Source: Acidimicrobiia bacterium (GTDB taxonomy: Bacteria > Actinomycetota > Acidimicrobiia > IMCC26256 > PALSA-555). From it: DNA of 64,000 nt. The stretch's first letter is position 1, and each line of letters starts with the position of its first letter. Of this stretch, positions 20,324 through 30,363 are shown one piece after another. The translations under genes and the position numbers were made by a program. The stretch is from the NCBI GenBank assembly GCA_035468285.1, contig DATISY010000090.1, positions 7,407 through 71,406 of the forward strand. The letters run 5' to 3'. Below the pieces are notes generated by a model, which saw only the letters and a list, made by a program, of their open reading frames with translations, did no database searches and was not told where the DNA came from.

Positions 20324-21525
20324 CAGCGGATCTCCTCGAGCTCACCATGCTTGGGGACGCAGGCCATGAGGAACGCGAACACCAGGATTCCGCCCGCGGC
20401 CGCAGCCGGCGTGGTGATCCAGAGGTTCCATCCCTGGTCGCGGGCCACGACGATGACGCCGGTGACCATGGCCCAGAGGAACGCCGCTTCGATGAGGAAC
20501 TTCCAGCTGAGCTCCATGAGCCGGTCGAAGCGGAGCCGGGGCAGCGAAGCGCGGACCCAGACCGTGGCGTAGAGCACGATCCAGAGCTTCAGCAGGAACC
20601 AGAACACGGGGATGATCCAGACGTTGACCCATCCGCCCCGGTCGAGGAACCCGAGCCGGGGACCGGACGGACCGCCGAGGAACAACGTCACCGCGATCGC
20701 CGACATGGTGATCACGTTCATGAACTCGGCGAGGTAGAAGATCGCGAAGCGGATGCCGGTGTACTCGGCGTGGTAGCCGCCGGCGAGCTCCTCTTCGGCC
20801 TCCGAGAAGTCGAACGGCGGATGGTTGGTCTCAGCGATGGCGGAGATCAAGAAGATGATGAACGCCCCGATGGCCGGCAGCCACAGCCACTGGCTCACGA
20901 ACGAGTCCCAGCCCATCCAGGACTGATGGATGACGATGCCGCGCAGCGAGAGGGTCCCGGTGTGGACGAGGACACCGACGATCGACAGGCCCATGGCGGC
21001 CTCGTAGCTCAGGACCTGCGCCGAGGCGCGCACCGACCCGAGCAACGGGTACTTCGACCCCGACGACCAACCGGCGAGCATGACCCCGTACACGCCGAGG
21101 CCGGACATGGCGAGGAGCCAGAGGATCCCGATGGGCGGGTCGGCGAGCTGCAGGAAGGTGGTGTGGCCGGCGATGCGGGCGATACCGCCGAACGGGACGA
21201 TCGCGAAGGCGAGGAACGCGGCGAGCGCGGAGACGAATGGGGCGATGAGGTACACCGGCTTGTCGGCCGTGATCGGCATCGACTGCTCCTTGAAGAACAG
21301 CTTGATGCCGTCGGCGAGGGTCTGCAGGATCCCGAACGGGCCCGCCTGGTCGGGGCCGATCCGGTTCTGCATATCGGCGATGACCTTGCGCATGAACCAG
21401 ATGTAGAGGAGCACCGAGACGAGCAGGAGCGCGAAGACGATGAACGTCTTCGCGATCACGATGACCACGACCGTGAAGTCGATTCCGTGCTGGAAGAGCG
21501 GGTCGCCCCCCGCGAACGGCGTCAC
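20323..21525 (-). CDS. nuoH: NADH-quinone oxidoreductase subunit H
   Basis: MQNRIGP and SEAEEELAGGYHAEYTG motifs. Start at GTG 21525, overlapping the nuoG stop. Confidence 0.9.
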   Translation of the reverse strand: MTPFAGGDPLFQHGIDFTVVVIVIAKTFIVFALLLVSVLLYIWFMRKVIADMQNRIGPDQAGPFGILQTLADGIKLFFKEQSMPITADKPVYLIAPFVSALAAFLAFAIVPFGGIARIAGHTTFLQLADPPIGILWLLAMSGLGVYGVMLAGWSSGSKYPLLGSVRASAQVLSYEAAMGLSIVGVLVHTGTLSLRGIVIHQSWMGWDSFVSQWLWLPAIGAFIIFLISAIAETNHPPFDFSEAEEELAGGYHAEYTGIRFAIFYLAEFMNVITMSAIAVTLFLGGPSGPRLGFLDRGGWVNVWIIPVFWFLLKLWIVLYATVWVRASLPRLRFDRLMELSWKFLIEAAFLWAMVTGVIVVARDQGWNLWITTPAAAAGGILVFAFLMACVPKHGELEEIR

Positions 21526-24245
21526 GAGATCGTCTCCACACGCAGCTCGGTGACGGGCGACGTGACGTCGATCAGGTCGGGCGCGCCGGGCCCGGTCCGG
21601 TTCACCGCGATGAACGCCGAGCCGGGCTCGGTGTGTGGGTCGTCGCGGACGGGCAGGTCGATGGACCCGCCGAGTGACGTGACCCGGACGATGTCGCCCT
21701 CCTGGACCCCGAGGCGGTCCCGGTCCCTGACGTTCAGCCCGAGGGCGGTCCCCTCGACGAGCGCCGCGAGGGCCGGCGTGGCCGCGGTGACGTCCTCCGA
21801 GCCGTAGAGGGTCCGCCCGGCGACGAGGCGCAGCGCGTACGCGTCGACCGGCACCGTCGCGGGCGGCTCGGGCGTCCCGACCCACTGGTGCAGCGCGACC
21901 GGCGTCGGCGAGGGCGGCGGGGGCGCCTCCCCGGCCGGGGTCTCCTCGCCGGCGCCGTCGGTGGCTTCGGTATCGGCTTCGGTTCCCGGTGGCGCTGCGG
22001 GTGGCTCGAGCGCTTCGGGTGTCGGCGGGATCGGCTCCCAGGACGGACCGCGAAGCCCGCGGTCGGCGCCGAAGACGAGCTCGTCGCGGTGGTGCTCGAG
22101 GGGGAGCACGACACCGTCCCGGGCGCGGCGCAGGAGCGAGGCGTCGACCCCGACGAAGGCGGGTGCGACCCGGGCGATCTCGTCGAGGACCTCGTCGGGG
22201 TGCTCAAGGTCGACGTCGACGCCGAAGCGGGCAGCGAGCTCGGCGGCGACGCGCCACGGGTCGAGGGTGCTGCCCTCGGGGGTGACGCGGGGGCGCAGGC
22301 GCAGGACGCGTCCTTCGAGGTTCGTGGTGCTGCCGCGCTGCTCCCCCCAGACGGTGGTGGGCAGCACGACGGTGGCGGCTTCGACGCCGGCGTCGGGGAA
22401 CGCGCCGACGGCGATGATCGTCGCGACGCGGCTGAGCGCGGTGCGGGCCAGGTCGCGGTCGGGGAACTCGGCGAGGGGGTCGCAGCCGACGAGGACGAGG
22501 GCCTCGATGCGGCCGTCGGCCGCGCCGCGCAGGATTCCGGCGGCGTCGAGCCCGACCGCGTCGGGGACGCCACCCCACGCCTCGGGGAAATGGTCCCGGG
22601 CGGCGTCGAGGGTGACGCGGCCGGGGAGGAACCCGGGGGCGAGCCCGAGGTCGAGGGCACCGTGGACGTTGGGGCGAGGAAGGGCCGACAGGAACCGGAC
22701 GTCGTCGCCGGCGGCGAGCAGCGACGCCGCCTGCACGACCGCGTCGGGCTGGTCGGCGACGGAGGGGCGGCCGAGGACGACGACGACGGGCCCGTCCCGG
22801 TCGGCGATGGCCGACACGAACGGTGCCAGCGCCTTCCCGCGGGGGGCGCGCCCGGCGAGCATGTTGGCGACGGTGCGGGCGGCCTCGCCGGGCTGGCCCG
22901 GCGGATGCCGCAGGACGCTGGTCGCGTCCCTGGTCAGGCCATGGTCCCGGGCGCTGATGTCGACGAGCGGGACGCCGCCCTCGACGACGGCGCTCCGGAT
23001 CCGGAGGGCCAGGACGGGTACCTCTTCTTTGAGGTCACCGGCGAGAAGGACGATGGCTTTCGCCCGGTCGAGATCGGGGATCGTGGCTCGGGGGAGGCCG
23101 AGGACCATGTCGGCAGGGAGCCCGTCGCCGAGCTGCGCGTCGACGTGGTCGGTTCGCAGCACCCCCTTGGCGAACCGGGACCACAGGTAGGCGTCTTCGT
23201 TCGTGCCGCGGGAGCCGCCGAGGACCGCGATCGTCCCCGGACCGTGGTGGTCGACGACGGCGCGGAGCTCCGCGGCGGCAGCGTCGAGCGCCGCGGGCCA
23301 TGACGATTCGATGAGCTCGCCGGCCTTGCGGACCATCGGGACCGTGAGACGGCTTTCGCTGTGCACCCACTCCAGGCCGTAGCGCCCCTTGTCGCAGAGC
23401 CAGCCCTGGTTCACCGGCTCGGCGTCGACGCCGAGCAGTCGCACCAGCCGGTTCGAGCTCGATTCGAGGGAGCCGCGACAGCTGACGGAGCACGCGCCGC
23501 ACGACGTCTCGGTCGCTTCGAGGTCCCAGGGCCGGGCCCGGAACCGGTAGTGGCTCGAGGTGAGCGCGCCGACAGGGCAGATCTGCACCGTGTTGCCCGA
23601 GAAGTACGAGTGGAAGGGCTCGTCGAGGTAGGTGATGACCTCGGTGGTGTCGCCGCGGCCGCCGAAGTCGATGAGGGGGTCGCCGGCGATCTCGGCCGCG
23701 AAGCGGGTGCAGCGGCCGCACTGGATGCAGCGTTCCCGGTCGAGGAGCACCAGGTCGCTGATCGGGATCGGCTTGGGGAAGTGACGCTTCTCCTCGACGA
23801 AGCGCGACTCGCCGGGACCGAACGCCAGCGTCTGGTCCTGGAGCGGGCACTCGCCACCGCGGTCGCACACCGGGCAGTCGAGCGGATGGTTGACGAGGAG
23901 GAACTCGAGCACACCGTCCTGGACGGTCTTGACCGTGTCGGACACCGTCCGCACGACCATGCCGTCGGCGACGGGGGTGGCGCACGAGATCTGCAGGCCG
24001 CGCAGCCCCTCGACCTCGACGAGGCACATGCGGCACATCCCGACGGGCTTGAGCCGCTCGTGCCAGCAGAACCGGGGGATGTAGGTGCCGTGGCGCTGCG
24101 CGGCCTTGATGAGGAGCTCGCCGCGTGGCGCGTGGATCTCCTGACCGTCGATCGTGAGCGTGACGACGTCGGGCCCGGGCGCGACGGGGATCGTGTATCG
24201 GTGCTGGGAGGGCCACTGCGACATCGGCACCGCGTTGATGGTCAT
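21522..24245 (-). CDS. nuoG: NADH-quinone oxidoreductase subunit G
   Basis: CWHERLKPVGMCRMCLVEV, HPLDCPVCDRGGEC and CIQCGRCTRF motifs. 907 aa from ATG 24245 (ATGA overlap with nuoF). Pro/Glu/Thr-rich linker near the C-terminus. Confidence 0.9.
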   Translation of the reverse strand: MTINAVPMSQWPSQHRYTIPVAPGPDVVTLTIDGQEIHAPRGELLIKAAQRHGTYIPRFCWHERLKPVGMCRMCLVEVEGLRGLQISCATPVADGMVVRTVSDTVKTVQDGVLEFLLVNHPLDCPVCDRGGECPLQDQTLAFGPGESRFVEEKRHFPKPIPISDLVLLDRERCIQCGRCTRFAAEIAGDPLIDFGGRGDTTEVITYLDEPFHSYFSGNTVQICPVGALTSSHYRFRARPWDLEATETSCGACSVSCRGSLESSSNRLVRLLGVDAEPVNQGWLCDKGRYGLEWVHSESRLTVPMVRKAGELIESSWPAALDAAAAELRAVVDHHGPGTIAVLGGSRGTNEDAYLWSRFAKGVLRTDHVDAQLGDGLPADMVLGLPRATIPDLDRAKAIVLLAGDLKEEVPVLALRIRSAVVEGGVPLVDISARDHGLTRDATSVLRHPPGQPGEAARTVANMLAGRAPRGKALAPFVSAIADRDGPVVVVLGRPSVADQPDAVVQAASLLAAGDDVRFLSALPRPNVHGALDLGLAPGFLPGRVTLDAARDHFPEAWGGVPDAVGLDAAGILRGAADGRIEALVLVGCDPLAEFPDRDLARTALSRVATIIAVGAFPDAGVEAATVVLPTTVWGEQRGSTTNLEGRVLRLRPRVTPEGSTLDPWRVAAELAARFGVDVDLEHPDEVLDEIARVAPAFVGVDASLLRRARDGVVLPLEHHRDELVFGADRGLRGPSWEPIPPTPEALEPPAAPPGTEADTEATDGAGEETPAGEAPPPPSPTPVALHQWVGTPEPPATVPVDAYALRLVAGRTLYGSEDVTAATPALAALVEGTALGLNVRDRDRLGVQEGDIVRVTSLGGSIDLPVRDDPHTEPGSAFIAVNRTGPGAPDLIDVTSPVTELRVETIS

Positions 24246-25588
24246 ACGGACGCCACCTCGAGGGTGTGGCGCCGTTGCGTGTCGGCGCGCATGCGATCGG
24301 TGATCTCGTCGCGGAACCAACGGTCGAGGCTGACGACGGGGCTCATGGTGCTGGGTCCGAGGGCACAGATGGTGGTCTGGGCGAACGGGGCGTTGAGGCC
24401 GGGGACGATGTTGTTGCCGAACGAGAGCAGCAGGTCGAGGTCCTCGGGGCGTCCCTGGCCGTGCGCCATGCGGTACAGGACTTTGGCGATCCAGCCCGAC
24501 CCTTCGCGGCACGGCGTGCACTTCCCGCACGATTCGTGGGCGAAGAACTTCGCGAGGCGCCACGCGACGAGCAGCGGGTCAGTTGTCTCGTCGAAGACCA
24601 TGATCGCTCCGGAGCCGAGCATCGACTTGAGCTCCCCGGTGACGAAGTCCATGTCGAGCGGCGAGTCGAGGTGCTGGGGCAGCAGCCACGGGGACGACGC
24701 CCCGCCGGGGACGAAGAACTTCATAGCGCGCCCGCCGCGCACCCCGCCGGCGAGGCCCTCGATCAGCTCGCGGAACGTCATGCCGAGCTCGACCTCGTAG
24801 TTGCCGGGCCGCTCGACCTGGCCGGAGACCGAGAAGATGCGAGTCCCGGTCGAGCGGTTGACGCCCATCGCGTTGTACCAGGCCGCGCCGTTTCGCACGA
24901 TGTGCGGGACGGTGGAGATCGTCTCGACGTTGTTCACGATCGTCGGCGCGGCGTAGACGCCTTGCGCCGCGGGGAAGGGCGGCTTGATGCGCGGCATGGC
25001 GCGCTCACCCTCGAGGCTGGAGAGCAGCCCTGTCTCGTCGCCCGCGATGTAGGACCCCGCGCCGCGGTGCAGGACGAGCTCGAGGTTGAAGCCCGAGCCG
25101 AGGATGTTCTCGCCCAGGAACCCGGCGGTGTAGGCGTCGCGGATCGCCTGGCGGAGACGTTCCGCGCCGAGCGCGAACTCGCCGCGCACGTACACGAAGG
25201 CCAGGTTCGTTTGGATGGCGTACGCGGCGATGATGATGCCTTCGATGAGCTGGTGCGGGTCCCGCTCGATGAGCATGTGGTCCTTGAACGTGCACGGCTC
25301 CCCTTCGTCCGCGTTGATGCAGAGGTAGCGGGGGAACACGTCTTTGGGGAGGAACGACCACTTCTGCCCTGTGCCGAAGCCGGCGCCGCCCTTCCCGCGC
25401 AGGACCGAGTCGGTGACCGCTTGGGTGATGGCGTCGCGGTCCATGCCGAAGGCTTGCTTGACGGTCTCGTAGGCGTGGTTGTGGGCCCGGGCGGCGTCGA
25501 TCGTCCACGAATCGTCGGGCCGCTCGCGGAGGAACTTCGTGACGACCGGCGTCTCGCGCGGTCCGTCCTCGCGGGTGGCGGCCATCAC
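24242..25588 (-). CDS. nuoF: NADH-quinone oxidoreductase subunit F
   Basis: GKGGAGFGTGQKW (FMN/NADH site) and ESCGKCTPCREG (N3 cluster). Confidence 0.9.
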   Translation of the reverse strand: MMAATREDGPRETPVVTKFLRERPDDSWTIDAARAHNHAYETVKQAFGMDRDAITQAVTDSVLRGKGGAGFGTGQKWSFLPKDVFPRYLCINADEGEPCTFKDHMLIERDPHQLIEGIIIAAYAIQTNLAFVYVRGEFALGAERLRQAIRDAYTAGFLGENILGSGFNLELVLHRGAGSYIAGDETGLLSSLEGERAMPRIKPPFPAAQGVYAAPTIVNNVETISTVPHIVRNGAAWYNAMGVNRSTGTRIFSVSGQVERPGNYEVELGMTFRELIEGLAGGVRGGRAMKFFVPGGASSPWLLPQHLDSPLDMDFVTGELKSMLGSGAIMVFDETTDPLLVAWRLAKFFAHESCGKCTPCREGSGWIAKVLYRMAHGQGRPEDLDLLLSFGNNIVPGLNAPFAQTTICALGPSTMSPVVSLDRWFRDEITDRMRADTQRRHTLEVASV

Positions 25589-26085
25589 CGGACCTCGCCG
25601 GCAGATGTTCCCGAGATGGTGCGCAACGCGAGCTGCCCGTCCTTGTACCGCTCGATGAGGTCCGCGGCACCGTCGAGGTCACCGGGACCGTGGAAGTCGT
25701 AGTTCACCTGGAACGCTGGCGCACGATCGCAGTGGGCGATGCACTCGACTTCTTCGACCGAGACGTCGGGGTCGCCGGCGTACTTGGCCCGGAGCTGGGC
25801 GTGGAGGTCCATCCCGCCGTTGACCATGCACGACAGGTTCGTGCACACCGACACGACGAGGCGTCCGACCGGCTCGCGTTTGAGCATCGAATAGAACGAG
25901 CAGACGCCGAGCACGAGCGCGGGGGTGAGGTCGAGGATCTCGGCGATCTCCTCCATGGCCTCGGGGGTCACCCATCCGTCGCGGTCCTGGGCGAGATGCA
26001 GGAGTGGCAGCATCGCCGATTTGGCGTACGGGTAGCGGCCGATGATCTCGCGGGCGGCGCGACGGTCCTTGTCGGTGAAGCCCAT
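25585..26085 (-). CDS. nuoE: NADH-quinone oxidoreductase subunit E
   Basis: 166 aa with [2Fe-2S] cysteines in VCTNLSC ... CIAHCDRAP. Confidence 0.85.
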   Translation of the reverse strand: MGFTDKDRRAAREIIGRYPYAKSAMLPLLHLAQDRDGWVTPEAMEEIAEILDLTPALVLGVCSFYSMLKREPVGRLVVSVCTNLSCMVNGGMDLHAQLRAKYAGDPDVSVEEVECIAHCDRAPAFQVNYDFHGPGDLDGAADLIERYKDGQLALRTISGTSAGEVR

Positions 26086-27371
26086 CAGCGGTCGGTCTCG
26101 CCCATGATCGGATCCAAGCTGGAGATGATGGCGACCGCGTCGGAGACCATCCCTCCGACGGCGATCGTCCCGAGTGACTGCAGGTTGTACAGGGACGGGC
26201 CTCGGATGTGCAGCCGAACTGGCTTGCTAGTGCCGTCCGACACGAGGTAGCAGCCGATCTCGCCGCGGGGAGATTCGACGCTGACGTAGGTCTCCCCTGG
26301 CGGGACGCGGAACCCCTCGGTGAACAGCTTGAAGTGGTGGATGAGCGCTTCCATCGATTCGTCGATCCGGGCGCGGGGTGGCGGAGTCACCTTGCGGTCC
26401 TGGACCCGGAAGTCGCCGAGCGGCATGGCGTCGATGCACTGGCGGACGATCTTGATCGACTCGAGGATCTCGTCGAGGCGGATCCGGAACCGGTCGTAGC
26501 AGTCACCGTTGTGGCCGTACACGACGTCGAAGTCGACCTGGTCGTAGGCCAGGTACGGCTGGGCCTTGCGCAGGTCCCAGGGGAAGCCCGTGGCGCGCAG
26601 GATCGGTCCGGTGACACCGAGCGCGATCGCGTCCTCGGTGGAGATGGATCCGACGCCCATCAGGCGTTCGAGGAAGATGGGGTTCTCGCTCAGCAGGTCG
26701 GAGTACTCGCGGACCCCACGCTCGACGGTCTGGCAGAGTTCCTCGGCGTCGTGCTGCCATCCCTCGGGGAGGTCAGCGGCGACGCCGCCGGGCCGGATGA
26801 AGTTGTGGTTCATGCGCAGCCCGGTGATCTTCTCGAGGAAGCGCAGGGTCACTTCCCGTTCGCGCCATCCGTAGACCATCATCGACACCGCGCCGACGTC
26901 CATCCCGTTCGTCGCCTGGAAGAGGAGGTGGGACGACATCCGGTTGAGCTCGACGAGGAGCATGCGGATCCATGTCGCGCGCGGCGGGATGTCGAGGTCG
27001 AGGAGCCGCTCGACCGCGAGCGAGAAGACGAGCTCGTTCGCGAGCGGGGACAGGTAGTCCATGCGGGTCACGTTCGTCGGGCCCTGGACGTAAGTGAGCT
27101 CCTCGCCGGTCTTCTCCATACCGGTGTGCAGGTACCCGATGACCGGCTTGGCCTGGAGGACGGTTTCGCCGTCGAGCTCGAGCATGACCCGCAGCACCCC
27201 ATGCGTGGAGGGGTGCTGGGGGCCCATGTTGATGACCATCGTCTCGTCGTCCTCGGGCCAGAGACCGGTGACGACTTCGTGGTGGGCCCGGCGGAGCTGT
27301 TGGGAGCCTTCGTCGGTCTGGGCCTCGAGGCGCGCTTCCTCCGCTGGGGTCACGTCGATGGGCTCACTCAT
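26085..27371 (-). CDS. nuoD: NADH-quinone oxidoreductase subunit D
   Basis: NMGPQHPSTHGVLR and C-terminal IMGETDR. Start at ATG 27371, overlapping the nuoC stop. Confidence 0.9.
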   Translation of the reverse strand: MSEPIDVTPAEEARLEAQTDEGSQQLRRAHHEVVTGLWPEDDETMVINMGPQHPSTHGVLRVMLELDGETVLQAKPVIGYLHTGMEKTGEELTYVQGPTNVTRMDYLSPLANELVFSLAVERLLDLDIPPRATWIRMLLVELNRMSSHLLFQATNGMDVGAVSMMVYGWREREVTLRFLEKITGLRMNHNFIRPGGVAADLPEGWQHDAEELCQTVERGVREYSDLLSENPIFLERLMGVGSISTEDAIALGVTGPILRATGFPWDLRKAQPYLAYDQVDFDVVYGHNGDCYDRFRIRLDEILESIKIVRQCIDAMPLGDFRVQDRKVTPPPRARIDESMEALIHHFKLFTEGFRVPPGETYVSVESPRGEIGCYLVSDGTSKPVRLHIRGPSLYNLQSLGTIAVGGMVSDAVAIISSLDPIMGETDR

Positions 27372-27925
27372 CGGGGGGCCGGGTCTTCCTTGAACTCGAC
27401 GGGGATCCTCCCCGGGGCGTCGTCCTTGCGGAGCGGGTGCCCGACCCAGTCGTCGGGCATGAGCAGTCGGGTGAGCTCGGGGTGGCCTTCGAAGACGACG
27501 CCGAACATGTCGAACGCCTCGCGCTCCGGGAAGTTCATCGCGGTGTAGACGTCGACGATGCTGGCCAGGGTGGGGTCGTCGCCGGGGAGCTCGCAGATGA
27601 CGCGGATCCGACGGTTGCGGGGGTGGGAGAGGAAGTTCGCGACGACCTCGAAGCGCTGCGGGTCGACGCCGGGTATCACGGCCCGTTCCGCGTCGATGAG
27701 GTGGTCGACGACGGTGAGGTCGAGACACTGCGTGAAGCGCTGCTCGTCGCGCAGGAAGGCGGCGACGTCGTGCCACGCCGAACGGTCGACGTACACGACG
27801 GGTTGACGGTGCGACTCGTGGATGACGCTGCCCGGGAACCGTTCGAGGATGGCCGCGGCGACCTCGTCGGCGGGCGGCGCCGCGGGAGGCTCGCCCGCGG
27901 CGGCTTCGTCGGTATCCGTGGCCAT
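27368..27925 (-). CDS. nuoC: NADH-quinone oxidoreductase subunit C
   Basis: EREAFDMFGVVFEGHP and HPLRKDD motifs. Confidence 0.85.
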   Translation of the reverse strand: MATDTDEAAAGEPPAAPPADEVAAAILERFPGSVIHESHRQPVVYVDRSAWHDVAAFLRDEQRFTQCLDLTVVDHLIDAERAVIPGVDPQRFEVVANFLSHPRNRRIRVICELPGDDPTLASIVDVYTAMNFPEREAFDMFGVVFEGHPELTRLLMPDDWVGHPLRKDDAPGRIPVEFKEDPAPR

Positions 27926-27945
27926 CTCGGTCCTCGGGGCTGGGC

Positions 27946-28512
27946 TCAGGCCGATTTCCGGCGGATCGGGATGGGCTGCACGTGCGACGGCGTGCCGTCG
28001 CGCTGCTCGACGTGGACGCCAGCGCCGGTGCCGCTGACGCGCCGGCGCAGGAGGTCACCGGTGCGGATCTGGTGGTGGAGCGTCAAGATCCCGTGGAAGA
28101 GGGTCTCCGGTCCCGGCGGGCACCCGGGGACGTACACGTCGACGGGGACGATCTGGTCGACGCCTTGGACGAGCGCGTAGTTGTTGAACATCCCGCCGGT
28201 GCTGGCGCACACTCCCATCGAGATGACCCATTTGGGGTCGACCATCTGGTCGTAGACCTGGCGGAGCACCGGGGCCATCTTCTGGCTGACGCGACCGGCG
28301 ACGATCATGAGGTCGGCTTGGCGGGGACTGGCGCGCCACACCTCCATCCCGTAACGGGCGAGGTCGTAGTGCGCGGCGCCGGTCGCCATCATCTCCATGG
28401 CGCAGCACGCGAGACCGAACGTCGCGGGGAACACGGACCGTTGCCGGGCCCATTGCACGAGATCCTCGAGGCGGGCGGTCAAGAAGTTGTGCGGCATCTG
28501 CTCGAGGCCCAT
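27946..28512 (-). CDS. nuoB: NADH-quinone oxidoreductase subunit B
   Basis: [19 protein letters not shown] and VPGCPPGPE motifs. Confidence 0.9.
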   Translation of the reverse strand: MGLEQMPHNFLTARLEDLVQWARQRSVFPATFGLACCAMEMMATGAAHYDLARYGMEVWRASPRQADLMIVAGRVSQKMAPVLRQVYDQMVDPKWVISMGVCASTGGMFNNYALVQGVDQIVPVDVYVPGCPPGPETLFHGILTLHHQIRTGDLLRRRVSGTGAGVHVEQRDGTPSHVQPIPIRRKSA

Positions 28513-28515
28513 GCG

Positions 28516-28980
28516 CTACGCCGCTTCCTCACTGGGTTCGGCCTGCGGGTCGAGGCCGTCCCGTCCGGGGGTGCCGGTGGCGCGCAGCATGCGGTGTGCG
28601 ACCCGGTCGCTGACCTGTCGCACGGGGCCCCAGTCGACCGCGCCGGTCGAGAGGAGGTACCCGAACGGGACGAGCAGTGCGAGCAGGAACACACCCATCG
28701 TGACGAGACCGTAGGTGCCGAGGCCCTTGAGGACGGTCGTGAAGGGGTAGATGAAGATGATCTCGACGTCGAGGACGATGAATGCCATCGCGACGAGGTA
28801 GAAGCGCACCGGGAACCGTTCGGATGGCTCGTTCTCGGGAACGATGCCGCACTCGTAGGGGGCTTCCTTCGCCGAGGTCGGTCGCTTGCGGGATCCGAGC
28901 AGCGCCGAAGCGAGGAACGACACCGCGACGAACAGCAAGACGAGCACGACCATCGCGAGGATCGGCAGGTACTGCTCCAC
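28516..28980 (-). CDS. nuoA: NADH-quinone oxidoreductase subunit A (with a roughly 40-aa C-terminal extension)
   Basis: YECGIVP and FIVLDVEIIFIYPF motifs. GGGGAGGGGA Shine-Dalgarno-like run upstream of the GTG. Confidence 0.85.
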   Translation of the reverse strand: MEQYLPILAMVVLVLLFVAVSFLASALLGSRKRPTSAKEAPYECGIVPENEPSERFPVRFYLVAMAFIVLDVEIIFIYPFTTVLKGLGTYGLVTMGVFLLALLVPFGYLLSTGAVDWGPVRQVSDRVAHRMLRATGTPGRDGLDPQAEPSEEAA

Positions 28981-29021
28981 CCTGGTCCCCTCCCCGGGAT
29001 CGGTCCGGCGCCACAGGCGTT

Positions 29022-29036
29022 GGCGCGCAGGCTATC
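29022..29036 (-). promoter_or_regulatory. Second copy of the 15-mer GATAGCCTGCGCGCC, upstream of nuoA of operon 2
   Basis: Identical to 10406-10420. Contains a TANNNT-type hexamer, TAGCCT. Confidence 0.35.
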
Positions 29037-29100
29037 CGACCCCTCTTGAGGGATGGGAAGAGTCCGGGGGGTGATGGGCGCCGCCGGGTGCGGTCGCGGG

Positions 29101-30363
29101 CTAGGGCTCGGGGGCGATCGCGACGAGCCGCTCGACGAGGCGGTACGCGACCTCGGCGGGCCCGAGCTCGTCGGGTCGGAGCAGGTTGGCCATGATCCGC
29201 AGCACCCACTCCATGAGGGATCGCGACATGAACCCGACTCGGGTGAGCTCCCGCATGACCGCGGGGTTGCCGATCGCCCGCACGAACGCCCGCGCCACCT
29301 TGAAGTAGAGCCCATAGGTCGCTTCGAGCTGTTCGGGGTAGCGCTGCAGGGCAAGCCCGTCGCCGGTGCGGAGCGCGACGTCGATCGCGGCGGCAGCCAT
29401 CCGGCCGGTCTCGTAGGCGACCGAGATGCCTTCACCGTTGAAGGGGTTCACGGACCCGCCAGCGTCGCCGACCGTGCACCAGGTCGGGCCGACCCGGGGG
29501 AACACGGACAGTCCGGTGGGGAGCTTCCCGCCGGTGGGTGCGCCGCAGGCCGTGTCGGGGGAGATGCCCCAGCGGGCGGGGGCGGTCTCGCAGAACGCCT
29601 CCATCAGCTGGCTGGTGTTGACGTCCTTCCACCCCGAGAAGGTGGAGAGGAGCCCGACGCCGACGTTGATGGTCCCGTCCCCGACGGGGAAGATCCAGCC
29701 GTAGCCGGGGAGGTGCTGGCCGTGCTTGTCGCGCAGGTCGAGGTGGCTCTCGATCCACGGCTCGTCGTGGAAGGGGCTCTGGAAGTAGCCGCGCACGGCC
29801 ATCCCGAGTGGGTACGTCCGGTCCCGGCTGGTGCCGAGGGCCCGCCCGAACCGGGAGTTCGCGCCGTCGGCGACGATGACGTACCGGGCGTGGACGGGCT
29901 CGGGGGTGCCGCTGCCACCGCGCCGGAGGATCGCGCCCGTGACGAGGCCCCCGTCGGCGATGGGCTCGACGGCCTCGGTGCCGGTCCAGAGGGTGGCGCC
30001 GGCCTTGACGGCCCGGTTGGCGACCATGGCGTCGAGGTCCCGGCGGCGCACGACGTAGCCGTACGGCGGGAAGTCCGGATGGTCGGGCCAGGCCAGCTCG
30101 AGGGTGATGCCGTGGGCGATCGAGCGGAGCCCTTCGAACCGGAGGTGGGGTTCGAGCTCCTCGGCGAGGCCGAGGTCCTCGAGCTGGCGGACCGCCCGGG
30201 GGGTCAGGCCGTCACCGCAGGTCTTGTCGCGGGGGAACTGCTTGCGCTCGACGACGAGGACGCGGTGCCCGGCCTCCGCGAGCCAGCACGCCGCGGCGGC
30301 TCCGGATGGGCCACCGCCGACGATCAGCACGTCGAATCGGTCGCGAACGCCCATGTCGACCAT
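29101..30363 (-). CDS. Geranylgeranyl reductase family FAD-dependent oxidoreductase (possible menaquinone/prenyl side-chain reductase)
   Basis: DVLIVGGGPSGAAAACWLAEAG (FAD Rossmann fold), KTCGDGLTPRA and GDAGGSVNPFNGEGI motifs. Start at ATG 30363. The upstream 260 aa of the track ORF is rejected. Confidence 0.75.
   Translation of the reverse strand: MVDMGVRDRFDVLIVGGGPSGAAAACWLAEAGHRVLVVERKQFPRDKTCGDGLTPRAVRQLEDLGLAEELEPHLRFEGLRSIAHGITLELAWPDHPDFPPYGYVVRRRDLDAMVANRAVKAGATLWTGTEAVEPIADGGLVTGAILRRGGSGTPEPVHARYVIVADGANSRFGRALGTSRDRTYPLGMAVRGYFQSPFHDEPWIESHLDLRDKHGQHLPGYGWIFPVGDGTINVGVGLLSTFSGWKDVNTSQLMEAFCETAPARWGISPDTACGAPTGGKLPTGLSVFPRVGPTWCTVGDAGGSVNPFNGEGISVAYETGRMAAAAIDVALRTGDGLALQRYPEQLEATYGLYFKVARAFVRAIGNPAVMRELTRVGFMSRSLMEWVLRIMANLLRPDELGPAEVAYRLVERLVAIAPEP

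Noticed and set aside
21893-22028. Pro/Glu/Thr/Ala-rich ~45-aa insertion near the C-terminus of NuoG (PPTPEALEPPAAPPGTEADTEATDGAGEETPAGEAPPPPSPTP).
   Set aside because: It looks like a disordered inter-domain linker, which is common in high-GC actinobacterial proteins. There is no repeat structure and no evidence of a separate function.
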